Below, piece by piece: positions 53,696 to 64,000 of a stretch of DNA of 64,000 nt (its first letter is position 1; every line of letters starts with the position of its first letter). Source of the stretch: Psammoneis japonica (taxonomy: Eukaryota). Position numbers and translations under genes: made by a program. The DNA lies in assembly GCA_008632985.1 (NCBI GenBank), contig QPGO01000133.1, positions 1-64,000 on the forward strand. The letters are read 5' to 3'. The notes under the pieces are model-generated. The model worked only from the letters and a program-made list of their open reading frames with translations. It did not search any database and was not told the DNA's origin.

Positions 53696-53706
53696 GGCTC
53701 TGACAA
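53696..53706 (-). promoter_or_regulatory. Primer-binding site, tRNAiMet-type
   Basis: Minus-strand TTGTCAGAGCC next to the 5' LTR, matching the canonical TATCAGAGC core with a TA->TG change. Confidence 0.65.
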
Positions 53707-53708
53707 AG

Positions 53709-53890
53709 CGAATAAATCTCGATGCAACGAAAGAACAAGCACGATACCTTAAGTCTAAATAGAAAGTAGTGACACTGTCAATGCGAACCTAAACCTGATT
53801 AGATTGTGAGCGTGTCGCTGCAGCACCACTCGATCCATATATCTTAACCAATCACCAATTATAACATAGCCCTCCATCCAGATTTACTCG
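53709..53890 (-). repeat. 5' LTR of copia element 1 (largely TA-retaining)
   Basis: Matches 47024-47205. Confidence 0.93.
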
Positions 53891-54064
53891 ACTGGGTGTA
53901 GACCGCGCGCGGAAACGCGAAACGCGTATCTTGAGTCGTGACAAGCGAAGATACGAGATACGGCATAGCACATAGCCCCATTGCAACATCCATGCAATCA
54001 AGCTACGAAGCTATCTCCTTTTGAACCCTGTTGTTTTGGAACCTGCGTTCGTTTCACCACAACC

Positions 54065-56609
54065 ATGAATCAGCCGAAGAAGTTGCGCCTTAAGGATAAA
54101 ACAAGCGGAGGAAGAAAATGGATCCGGATTGGCAGCAAAAAGCGTGATGGCGAGCCAAGGGAAGAGAATAAAGAAGACGAAGAAGAGATTGCTCGCGACC
54201 AAGCAACTACATCCCCGGCATCTCGAGGGAACACAGACCATCATTTACAAGGACGCAGTGAAGAATCTGGGCACCAAAATGGGCAGACTGCACGCAGCCT
54301 CTGTGAAAGCACCGTGGAGCCCGAATTGGATGTAACCCCGACACCAGGTGCATTTGCGGTAAACCGAAATGGGCAGGTCGCACGTAATCAGTGTGACGGC
54401 ACGGTCACATCCGAATTGGAGACTGGACATTCAGTTTATTCGGCTCCTGTGCCTCCACCTCGTGATGACAGGACCATCCTGGTGGAAGCTGAGCTCGCAC
54501 TTCCCAGTGACAATGTTCTCAGGGACGAAGATATGGTGTACCCAGATCTCGTACAGACGCCCGAAGATTTGGAGAGAGAGCAACAAAGGAAACGCAAACG
54601 TCGCTGTTTCGTTATTGCCGTTATCATATTGCTAATTGTCGTGATTTTGGTAGTCGGGGTGGTGTTTGGGACAATCACTGCAGGCGAAAGCAATGGCGAC
54701 CTGACCCCCGATGCTGAACAGATTTGTGACGACCTTCTTCTATCGGAAGACCCGAATATTCCTCTTCAATGTAATTTTTGTGCAAAAATATCTCAGATAT
54801 CATCCGAAGTGGAACAAAGATACGAAAAGCTGAAAATGGCTTTGAACATCAGCATTGCTGACGCAAACAAAACGTCCTGCGAGCCTCGTAACCTGGCGTT
54901 GCTATGGCTATCTAATGACACCATCGTCAGAAATTCAACCGAATTTCCTCTACGCGTACCCTCAGGAGATCCTGAACCAAACTTTACTTGTCCACGCAAC
55001 GATCATCAGAGGACAATGCAACGTTACGTGCTCGCATTGCTATATTTTTCTTTGGATGGTCGTGGTTGGCCAAGGCAACAGAATCGGCTCTCCTCAAAAG
55101 TTGAATGTGAATGGGAAGGGGTGAGCTGTCTTTTCGGCGGACATCGGCGGGTAGTACAATTGAATTTAGCTGGACAGAATGCCATCGGCACGATCCCAGT
55201 AGAGTTGGGGCGCCTTTGCGATTTGAGAATAGTCGATCTCAGCGTGAACCGCATCAAAGGTCAACTTCCCGCTGAATTGCTTCGGCAGCTTACCGCACTC
55301 CGTGAGTATTTTCTGAAGCTTTAACTCCTCAATAACATGCGCAGCTTATTTTGATGTATTCTCTTTCCCCGCAGGGGTTTTGAGTGTTGCCAACAACAAT
55401 CTCTCCGGAGCACTGCCGGACGTCATGGTTCAAGATGGCCTCGGTATCTTCAACGAAACTTTTGCCAACTTTACGTCGGTGCAACTTATACCGGTAGGCT
55501 ACAATAAGGAGGAGCTTGAGCTGATGGTAGCTTTCATAGACAGCGTTTTGTTGGGCGGAAGATCCCCTATATGTAAGCTTGACGTTTCATTCGTAACATA
55601 AAACATGTCGAAACGCATTACAATATAGTGTCGCCGACTCACAGGTGGTTCTTTTTCTCTCTCAGATGATCTTGACTTTTCCAATAATCGGCTTGTCGGT
55701 ACTTTTCCATTTGGTTACAGACTCCTTCGGTATCTTCGTGAGTTTAAACGTACTTTCTCGCTGTGAATCAATTTTCTATTTTCATATTCATCAGTGATCG
55801 CTAAACGAAATATACGAACACTTTTCTGCTTTCGTTCCCGTGCATAGGGGAAGTGCGATTTGATAACAATGATTTCACCGGCGCTCTTTTTCCTCATGCC
55901 CCGATACCCATTCTTGGAGACATGTCTTTCTTCATGGACCTTGAGGTTTTTTCCGCTAGCAACAACTCTTTAGAAGGAAGCATGCCGCGCGATGTTGGCC
56001 ATCTCACAAGGCTCGGTAGGTTTTGTGTCATTAATCTTGGTGCTAGATTCGTTTCTTTGCAAATCATTATTTGTTGATTGCTTGCTGCAGAGCATTTAGA
56101 TGTTTCATACAACGTGCTGACAGGAACGCTCGTGACGCAGATTGGAGAGTTGGAGGAGCTTAGTAAGTTTGGTTGGGTAAAAAGGTAATGGAGAATTTGA
56201 GAAATACATTGACTAACTACCGTTCTCGCGTCCTTTTCATACTTTTTGTTGTCACAACAGCGACTCTACGGCTAGGAGGCAATAGATTCACAGGAACGGT
56301 GCCCAGAGAGATAATAAATCTTGAACGGATCGGTAAGCTCCTATAGCTGTTCATAGCTTGCCATCTCCGCATTCGCTGACTAAAGCCTTCGTAACCTTGC
56401 TTGCTGCTTCAGTCGATCTAGATATTAGCAGTCCTTTGCTGGAGCGACCTCTTCCTGGGGAACTTTGTTATCAAACATTTTTGGAGCCCCCAATTGTGGT
56501 GCATTGTAATAGTTCGCTCGGAGAGGAATGCGAATGCTGCTGTTGCCGATGCGATGAGACAGAGCCGCCGTGTCGTAATTCTGCGGTCGCAGCTTGCGGA
56601 TCGTCGTGA
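54065..56609 (+). CDS. Multi-exon single-TM leucine-rich-repeat receptor-like protein
   Basis: PGAFAV motif, TM FVIAVIILLIVVILVVGVVFG, LALLWL, QRYVLALLYFSLDGRGW and ECEWEGVSC cap. Plant-type LRRs are split by GT-AG introns (first donor 55302); Cys-rich end. Confidence 0.85.
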
Positions 56610-56770
56610 AATAACCGGCGAGATCACAAAAGGAAAACTGACGTGCCCTTTCAAAATGTGTGTCTCAATGCGGACCTTGCAGCAATGAACAAAACCTACC
56701 GCATTCCAGTTTGCATAATTATGCATGAAAATTAAGTATCTGGCTTCGTTAGCTACTAGCAAGCACTCTA

Positions 56771-57859
56771 CTAGAGTAGATTACTATTTAGCGAAAGAGT
56801 GAAGAGCGAACATGGAAAGGCCGCAAAGCATCCCGGCGTCAATTTGCTTCGTGTGGATCGTACTGTTTCAAGTTCCTGCTCCCTATGTATCTTTGCCATG
56901 AGCTTCAAATCACTGTGATCCAAGCTTCCGTTCCCCGTCACATCTAACCTATCAAACTGTTCATGCAACTCTTGCAACTGCTTTGGCTCCACCAATTGCA
57001 ATTCAACCAACATAAATTCCACATACTCGTCCTTGGTGACAGTACCATCCCCATTGGAATCCATTTTATTCAAATAGTCCATCGTCAGTGCTCCCGCCGT
57101 GCTACGTTGTGCCTCCAACAATCGACTTCGACGTTGTTGCAACGAAAAGGATGCAATATAACTCAGTACTTGTCCCACCGTGGCAACCGCCATGGGTATA
57201 TACAAGAGTGCAAACAAACGTCCCCGGCGTGTCGACGGAGAAAAATCACCATAACCAATCGTCCCTGACGTAATAATGGAATAGTAAATGGAGTCGATCC
57301 AAGACCACTTTTCCAAATGACCCATATAGAGACCGCCCATGAACAGAACCGAAATGGGTGGAACCAGCGTTTTGGCAATGTTGCGAATCTGAGAAAATCG
57401 AGACGAAATAGTCGGTTTTGTACTACTTGTTGCCTTCGTTTTCTTGGCACTTGCTTCCATTATACCAGCAGTCTCATTATTATGATTGCTTGCGTATTTG
57501 GTATGATTCACGAGATGATTCATTTTGTCAAACAAATCAACGATACGTTTCCGACTACGGTCTTGTGCAGCCTCCATGGCGTGTACTTCGGATTGCAACA
57601 AGTCACTTCCAATTCTCGCCAGAGCCGTTCCCAGAAAGCTAATGCCACCCAAACCAAAGAGACACGTAAATATCTTGGCTTTGGTTGACAATGGACTCGC
57701 CAAATCGCCATATCCCACCGTGGTGAAGGTTGTGACACTAAAATACAAGGCATCCAGACAGGACCAGTGGGATTCCAGCAAGACCGAATACGCCACTACG
57801 CCCACTAGCAGATACAACACAATTCCCAAGAGTGCATCTCGAGCTGTTGTCATGGGCAT
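56771..57859 (-). CDS. Two-pore-domain K+ channel with EF-hands (TPK/KCO-like)
   Basis: Two pore loops TTVGYGD and GTIGYGD, 4 TM segments, EF-hands DSNGDGTVTKDEY and DVTGNGSLDHSDL. Start chosen at ATG 57859. Confidence 0.92.
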   Translation of the reverse strand: MPMTTARDALLGIVLYLLVGVVAYSVLLESHWSCLDALYFSVTTFTTVGYGDLASPLSTKAKIFTCLFGLGGISFLGTALARIGSDLLQSEVHAMEAAQDRSRKRIVDLFDKMNHLVNHTKYASNHNNETAGIMEASAKKTKATSSTKPTISSRFSQIRNIAKTLVPPISVLFMGGLYMGHLEKWSWIDSIYYSIITSGTIGYGDFSPSTRRGRLFALLYIPMAVATVGQVLSYIASFSLQQRRSRLLEAQRSTAGALTMDYLNKMDSNGDGTVTKDEYVEFMLVELQLVEPKQLQELHEQFDRLDVTGNGSLDHSDLKLMAKIHREQELETVRSTRSKLTPGCFAAFPCSLFTLSLNSNLL

Positions 57860-58010
57860 GGCTGGTGTTGTATCATCGGTATTGTTGTGACTGATTTTTG
57901 TAAAGATCCGTTTTGCGGCAGGAAAGTAGGGCAGCGAAATGCCCCTCCACAAGTTTCGAAGAAATCGTGATGAAAGACGTGAATCTTTTTTCTTGGCGAG
58001 TCACTATTCC

Positions 58011-58367
58011 TGTTTGAAGCATAGAGCAGTGTAAAGGTTGAGCGCTCCTGAATACTGCTTATGCTGTGACCTTGATGCAATGAGTTGCTGTTGATGATGA
58101 TTCGTCTTTTTGATGAGCAAGTCGTGTGAAATGCCATCAACGGTGCGATAACTCTCGTCTGAGAGTCAGGGGAAGTCGACTGAGGTCGAATAATAGATGT
58201 ATCGCTGGCGAAGAGGGCCAACGATAACGGTATGATTGGTAAAGCTGCTAATGTCTTGTTACACTAGATGTTGTAATTGTGAGAAAAGTTGAAAAAGACC
58301 GATGGCGGGAAATCGCATACGTAAGTGAGCGCGCGCGTATCGCGCATGAGTTCGTACTGTGTTGACA
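58011..58367 (-). repeat. Putative 3' LTR of copia element 2
   Basis: Starts TGT directly after the PPT. The distal end (TCAAACA at 58011) is inferred, since the partner LTR is not in the window. Confidence 0.55.
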
Positions 58368-59840
58368 CTCCCTCTCGAACGAAGAAGCATGCCAACCGCA
58401 AAGCAACTTTCGAATAGCCTCGAATTTAACCGTAACGATACCTTTAGTCAGAACATCAGCGCGTTGCAAATCTGTTGCGATCTTGGACACAGTAACTCGA
58501 TTTGGTTTGAGCTGTGAACGGAACCAATGACATTTGATTGCGCAGTGCTTGGACCTTGGCGTCACTCGGCCAGGTTCCACATTGGCTGGAGTCAAAGCCC
58601 CAGCATTGTCCTCCCACACAGCAGTGCGAACAGTTTTGGTGGTCCCCAGACCAACTCCAATGCCTTGAGAGATGGCTTGTGCAGTGTGCAGAAAGGGAAG
58701 GACAGTTTTCATGCAAGTGGAAAGAGCGCTGCACTCTGCTTCCATTGTTGACAGAGCAATTTCAGGTGCAAGCTTGCTGGGCCAAATGACAGGACAGTTG
58801 GAAACGCAAATGACAAATCCTGTTCGGCTTTTGACACAAGCCGGGTCATGCTTGTCTTCGTGTGGCCACAGTCCAGCAAAATCTGAGTCAACAAACACGT
58901 CAATGTTGAAGTCCCCAGATGGCTTGAGGATTGAGCCTTCATCCAGAGCACCCTTCAGGTGTCGACCCATCCGTTCAAGGGCCAGTTCATGCGAGCGACG
59001 AGGGCCATGAACAAATCTGGCTGCTGAGCTAACGGCGCAGGCAATGTCTGGCCTGGAATGGCCTTGAAGACATTGGAGCATGCCAACCACACTGGCATGA
59101 TCACAGGCTCCATTTGGTGGGTCTCCATCGGTGTCCTTGACCAACGGAGCAGCTGGTGTGGGCGTTCGGGCCTTTGGCAGATGGCCCACGTTAAGGGCTT
59201 CGACGACACGTTTGGATGGACCGCTCTGAGTGAGCTTGACAGTGCCATTGTCGGTGTCGCGTTCGATGTGGACCCCCAAAAAACCTGCGACGGAATCTTC
59301 AACTTCGATGGCCAGACCGCCATCAATTTTGAGTTTGTCGATCACTTCGTCAATGTGCTCTTGTTTTGGAGAGAAGAACAATGTGTCATCAACATGAACG
59401 AGGCAGATGACTTTATCGGACACAAATGGACACGGATCAACATCGTCTTGCGATTGAAATCCGGCATCTTCAAGTTTTGACTTGAGGTGCAGGAAAAAGT
59501 TACGAGGTCCTTGCTTGAGACCACACACGGTCCGTTTGAGTTTCAGCACTTTGCCGGGCTTGGTGTGTCCGCGAGGCATCTGCACGAAGACACCAGAGCG
59601 TTCTCGCTCTTCGGGCGTCATGGTGTCCCATTTGGGATCCTTGTCAATCGGAGCATGGACGAAAGCGGTGACACAATCAACTTGTTTCGTCGAAAGTTCC
59701 AAAATTTGAGAAAGTGTGAGCACAAGCCATGCGGTCGTCCAATTGACAATTGGAGCAAAGGTGTCAAAGCAGTCGACACCTTCCAATTGCTTGTCTCCAC
59801 GGACGCAAAAGCGGGCTTTACATTTGCGGATCGACCCATC

Positions 59841-60151
59841 AGGGTGTCGTTTGCACTTGAAGGCCCAAGTGGATGGCAAGACGTTCATCCAATCTTGGCG
59901 GTCTACTTCTTCCCAGGCGTCTTTGCCTTTGACTAGAGAATCGATTTCGACGTCGCAAGCTTTCAGACAAGCTGCTCAATCAGGACCATTCATTGAAGGG
60001 TGTCGTTTGCACTTGAAGGCCCAAGTGGATGGTAAGACGTTCATCCAATCTTGGCGGTCCACTTCTTCCCAGGCGTCTTTGCCTTTGACTGGAGAATCGA
60101 TTTCGACGTCGCAAGCTTTCAGACAAGCTGCTCAATCAGGACCATTCATTG
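59841..60151. repeat. 156-bp-period tandem duplication inside pol of copia element 2
   Basis: 59841-59995 vs 59997-60151, 3 mismatches. Confidence 0.95.
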
Positions 60152-63100
60152 CTTCTTCCCAAGTTGGATTGTCGGCGGAATTTGCATTTGCTGCGAGGGC
60201 AAGAGGGTGCATTTCTTCGAGTGTTCCGTGAACTTGATCGGTGTTTTTGTTGAAAAGGTCAAGCATTGCGCGCAAATCTTTAGACCGGAGTGCATTTGTG
60301 AGGCTGTCCCAACGCAAGGCCATCAAGAACTGTTTGTTCAGTGTTTCCGACTTGACAGCACGTTTGGGATTCTTGTGGGCATTCGGCAACTCGGTGGGCG
60401 GAGTGCGGATGTCGGCATGCATGGCTTCGATCAAGCGTTCCGGCTTCTTGACGGAACGACCGCTTCGAGTCCGAGCAGGTGTTGTGGCAGCATTCGGAGC
60501 AGGTTGAGGTTGCTCAGCTTCGGCAGGACCCAGGTCGAGGTCTTCAGGTGAGTCGTGATGATTGACAAGCGACAATTCGTCGTCGCTGTCATCACTGAAC
60601 TCATCGATCTTGACTCCCTCTGGAGCCTCTGAAGTTGCAGATTCTAGATCGTCAGCGGATGATTCAGGCAATGCAGGGTGCGCTCCCTCTGGAGCTGTGA
60701 CGGAAGAGGTTGAAGGAGGGACGGCGGGAGGGGCCGTTTTGGAGTTTGAAGACGACGTTGATGGCGGTCGTGTCGATGATTAGCGCGATGACGGCGCTCT
60801 GCGGGTGTCAACCAATCATCGTGTAAAGCCGGCAAGCGACGGCGAGGGTCATCGGCTGTGTCGGAAGGCTCAGGCGGAGCATTGTGTGCCAGCGAGTCGG
60901 CGGTGAGGAGGGATTCCCAAAGGTCGGCAGTGAAGGGAATGTCCTGGAAGAAACTGCCAGAGTCGCTGTTGGGCACTGTTGCAAAGTGGTTGTCGTAGAC
61001 CACGTGATGCTGAGGACTGACATGGCCCGTCGAGAGATTCAAAATGAGGCCGATGTTGGTTGAATGATCCGGTGAGACACCGAGATGTTGGCCACGGCGA
61101 CTCCTGGGGTCCCACTCAGGCAGTTTCTTTCCGTCTTGTAACTTGGGATCAAGAACACATGTGGGGGCAACCCCGTGCTTGTAAGCGCTGCAGGTGCGCA
61201 CAGGTGTCGAAGCGTTGCTTGGAAAAAATCTCGACCGGCGCGGCAAGAGTGTCAGACTTTGGGATGTGGTTCCACAAGTGGGGTCGCGTGGGTCATGGCA
61301 AAAGGCCACAACTCAAGGTTGGCGGCATCAGGCCACATGAGAATGGCGTGCAGCAGCATGGCTCGTGCCCATGAAGTGATGGTTTGGATGGAGCGCTCGG
61401 CCACGCCGTTCTGATGATGAGCGCCAACACCAGAAAAATCAACAGTCTGGTTGTTTTCTTCGAGGTCGTCCATGAAAGCCTTGGTGCCAAACGGGACGTT
61501 GTCAGCAAGGTGGGACTTGATGCGGACCCCAAATTGGTCACTAAGCTGCTCGAAGGACAGCTTGGCACGAACAGCTTCACCTGCGGCGAGACCAACTTGA
61601 TGGGTCAGATGGACATGGGCAGAAGCATGATCAACAAAAATCGTGCCTCCACAATGCTTGTCTTTCTTGGGTTCGCGTCCCTTGGACGTCGGAAGACGGC
61701 CAGGGACATGGCTGATGTGCTGATCAACGGAGACGCGTTGACCAGGCGCCAAATCTCCCTGTCGCAAAGTCAACGGCGGATGACCAGAGGTGCCGCGACG
61801 GTCAGGTGTTCATCGTTTCTGCTTTGCGAGTTGACAGGCAGCACACAAAGGTGCAGTGCAGCTGGAGACGGCTTGTGTTGAAGGCTTGACAATGTGGGAT
61901 TTGGTGGGATCCCGTGGTGTTGCACACAAGCGTTGAATGTGTTGGAAGCCGGCATGACCAAGTTTCTGATGGAGCAAAAGAAGCTCCTTCTGGCCGGGTG
62001 TTAGATTCTGATTGGTCTGAGAAGCAACTGAAAGAAACGAAGCAAGGCGTGCTTCGGTGCTGACGGGAGCCAAATTGCATTGTGTGACTCCGGCTGAGAT
62101 TGGTTCGGACATCATCACAAAAGGTAAGTTGTTTTCTTTGTTGTGCGGGAACTCGAGCGCATCCCCTTTCGGAAGAGTGAGGGTTGCTTTGTTTCCTCGT
62201 ACGTGACATTCACCTTGGTTTCCATTCTCTTGAAAACAGGCTTGAGGGCTGAAGAGTCGAATGGAAGCGTCGGGAACACAGTGGGCTCGCGTTCGGACGG
62301 TCCGGATTACATTCCAACAATCGATTGCGTCCCATTCCACGAAACCTTGACCAACTGCTCGGGTGCTGGAGGACAATCCGTTGATGGCAGTGGCACCAAT
62401 GGGTTCTAGCGGTCCTGCAAAGTCACCCAAGTGGGGTGTGAGCGACGAAGATGCTCCTGTGTCAAGAACAACAGGTGCGTCGACAGGTGGGCACGATGTC
62501 AATGCTTGACATTGGCGGCCTTCGAGATCTCTTGTGTCATTGAAGGATTTGATGTGCTGCGTTGGATCATCGGTCAACCATGGTGGGTCCGGCTTGGATG
62601 CAGCGACGTGAGATGGACCTGTCGTGGTCTGGTGAGAGAACATGGCTGCTCCACCGAAACCACTCGTAAAGGTTGCTGTTGTCGTGCGTGACAGGTTGGT
62701 TGCGATGCAAGAGAGCGTCGGCGCTTGACCACAAGCTCGCAACATTTCGGAAGAGGCAAGTGTCTTGATCAAATGGAGCTGTTCTAAAGGATCAATGCCT
62801 TGAACAAATTCGTCTAACGAACAACCGCACTGCATGTCGCACATGATCCAGGTTTGGTGTAACAGTCGGTGCTTGATGCGGTAGAACTCTTCTAGTTCGA
62901 AAGCTTCAGGGTCGTCTGGAGGTGCAAAAGGTGAGGGCTCCGTTCGTGTCGCGGAGCTACGAGGTTTGGTCCTCAGGTGGTCACCTGGAGGATCAAGCAA
63001 AGTGACGAAATCAGTTAAAGTCGCACCATGAGGAAACTCGTACATCTCGGAAGGTAGATGCAACAGGCGATGTTTGATTTGAGAATGGGCTTCTGCGGCC

Positions 63101-64000
63101 TCTTGTTGAGGATCGACGCAGGCAAATCTGGGTGGTCTCGTTTTCCCAGGTTTGAATCGACATCTCGATCTTGAGAGTTTCCACGACTTGGATTTTCGAC
63201 AGGAGCGATCCGGATCGGCTGCCGTTGTGTTGTCCGGAACAGGAGTTCGGCGCTGTTTGCGCCAAGTCGTTGGATGAAGGAAGGACCACAAGGGGTCTCT
63301 GCGTGGGATTCGAACTGGGTGCCGATCCAAGTGGCGAACCTGAGAATGATGTGTGATCCGAGTTCGATCAGGAGGACGACGAAATGAGGTCGGTTCGACA
63401 GCAGGAACAACAGCAAAGTCGGGAAGATCGTCGTGTGAAAGCGAAGGATTCTTGGAAAAGAGAAGCAAGCAGAACAAACATCCACCTGCTAAAACAAACA
63501 GCAACTGACAAATCGACGAAACTGCTTCGATCCCTCCCTCTCCAAGAATCTGGAGAGTGAACCACAGGAGCAAAAAATGACCAACCGACAAATGAGCCTG
63601 GACATCCCTTCCAGGAGCGGACGGTTGGTTGAAAAGGCAAGAAGAGAGGGCCACACGCTCAGGAGAGGAGGCGTGCCCGAAGCTTCAGGTGAAGGAGGCG
63701 AAGAGGCCGGACACAGTTTCGACCATCTCCTTCTTGGCATTGGCAATGGCGAGGTCACGATCTGTGACGGGAGCGGAAGCCGGTGCCGGAGCGGGCGCAG
63801 CGGCCGGAGCGGGAGAAGGTGCAGCGGCAGGAGTGGAGGCAACGTTCCCCGTCTCAGTCACCGGGTGCCAGCGCTTGGTTTTGCAATGATGGCAATGATC
63901 CTTGCCATCAATGTTGCGGCGACTGTCATCACTCTTTTCGGCTTCAGTCGGTGGCTGCCATTTCTTGGGAATGGTCTTGGCAGAGGGACCGGAAGAGGAG

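Larger units (their letters stand above)
47024..53890 (-). mobile_element. Full-length Ty1/copia (CoDi-like) LTR retrotransposon, 6867 bp, inactivated
   Basis: 182-bp LTRs at 47024-47205 and 53709-53890, ACTG flanking both ends, PBS and PPT present. Order is gag (~53245-51700), protease (DAHADTCC), integrase (FVDT, SDGA, NQAAE), RT (KARFVAGGH, HVDD), RNaseH (FVDANHAG, NLADLL). Confidence 0.95.
58011..64000 (-). mobile_element. Second Ty1/copia LTR retrotransposon (5' end outside window), inactivated
   Basis: Protease VLDTGAS, GAG-pre-integrase HQKLGH/CAACQLAK, integrase (VSVDQ, ADN, HQNGVAER), RT (KARFCVRG, GLKQGPR, HVDD) and RNaseH (FVDSDFAG, QRADVLTK). PPT GAGAGGGAG is followed by TGTCAAC at 58367. 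Confidence 0.93.

Noticed and set aside
59841..60151. Diversity-generating retroelement TR/VR pair
   Set aside because: Changes affect both copies and both strands, are transitions only, and lie within a copia pol rather than a DGR cassette.
47024..64000. Classical fungal RIP or simple CpG decay as the explanation
   Set aside because: RIP creates TA and stop codons. Here TA is lost, conserved Tyr become His/Cys, and CpG is largely retained in these elements.

Overview
Eukaryotic nuclear DNA, most likely from a raphid pennate diatom (inferred from short GT-AG introns, bipartite plastid-targeting presequences, CoDi-type Ty1/copia elements and a PGAxAV/TM/LRR gene family). Islands of host genes include a plastid-targeted EF-Ts that looks gammaproteobacterial, an ankyrin protein, two 2OG-Fe(II) oxygenases, a PA-domain vacuolar sorting receptor-like gene, a lumenal PDZ-FKBP, two LRR genes and a TPK-type K+ channel. 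These alternate with large blocks of repeat-derived DNA: two copia elements, a 1333-bp tandem array, duplicated gene copies and unidentifiable relics. The dominant signal is that repeated DNA has lost its TpA dinucleotides by TA->TG / TA->CA transitions on both strands, the reverse of fungal RIP. Four internal controls show this directly: an LTR pair, a 156-bp tandem duplication, the 1333-bp array, and gene/pseudogene pairs. TpA loss appears to precede CpG decay, fades next to intact genes, tends to spare YTAR contexts, and turns the RT motif YVDD into HVDD in both retroelements. This is a candidate repeat-targeted A:T->G:C hypermutation (genome defence) system that I do not recognise as described.
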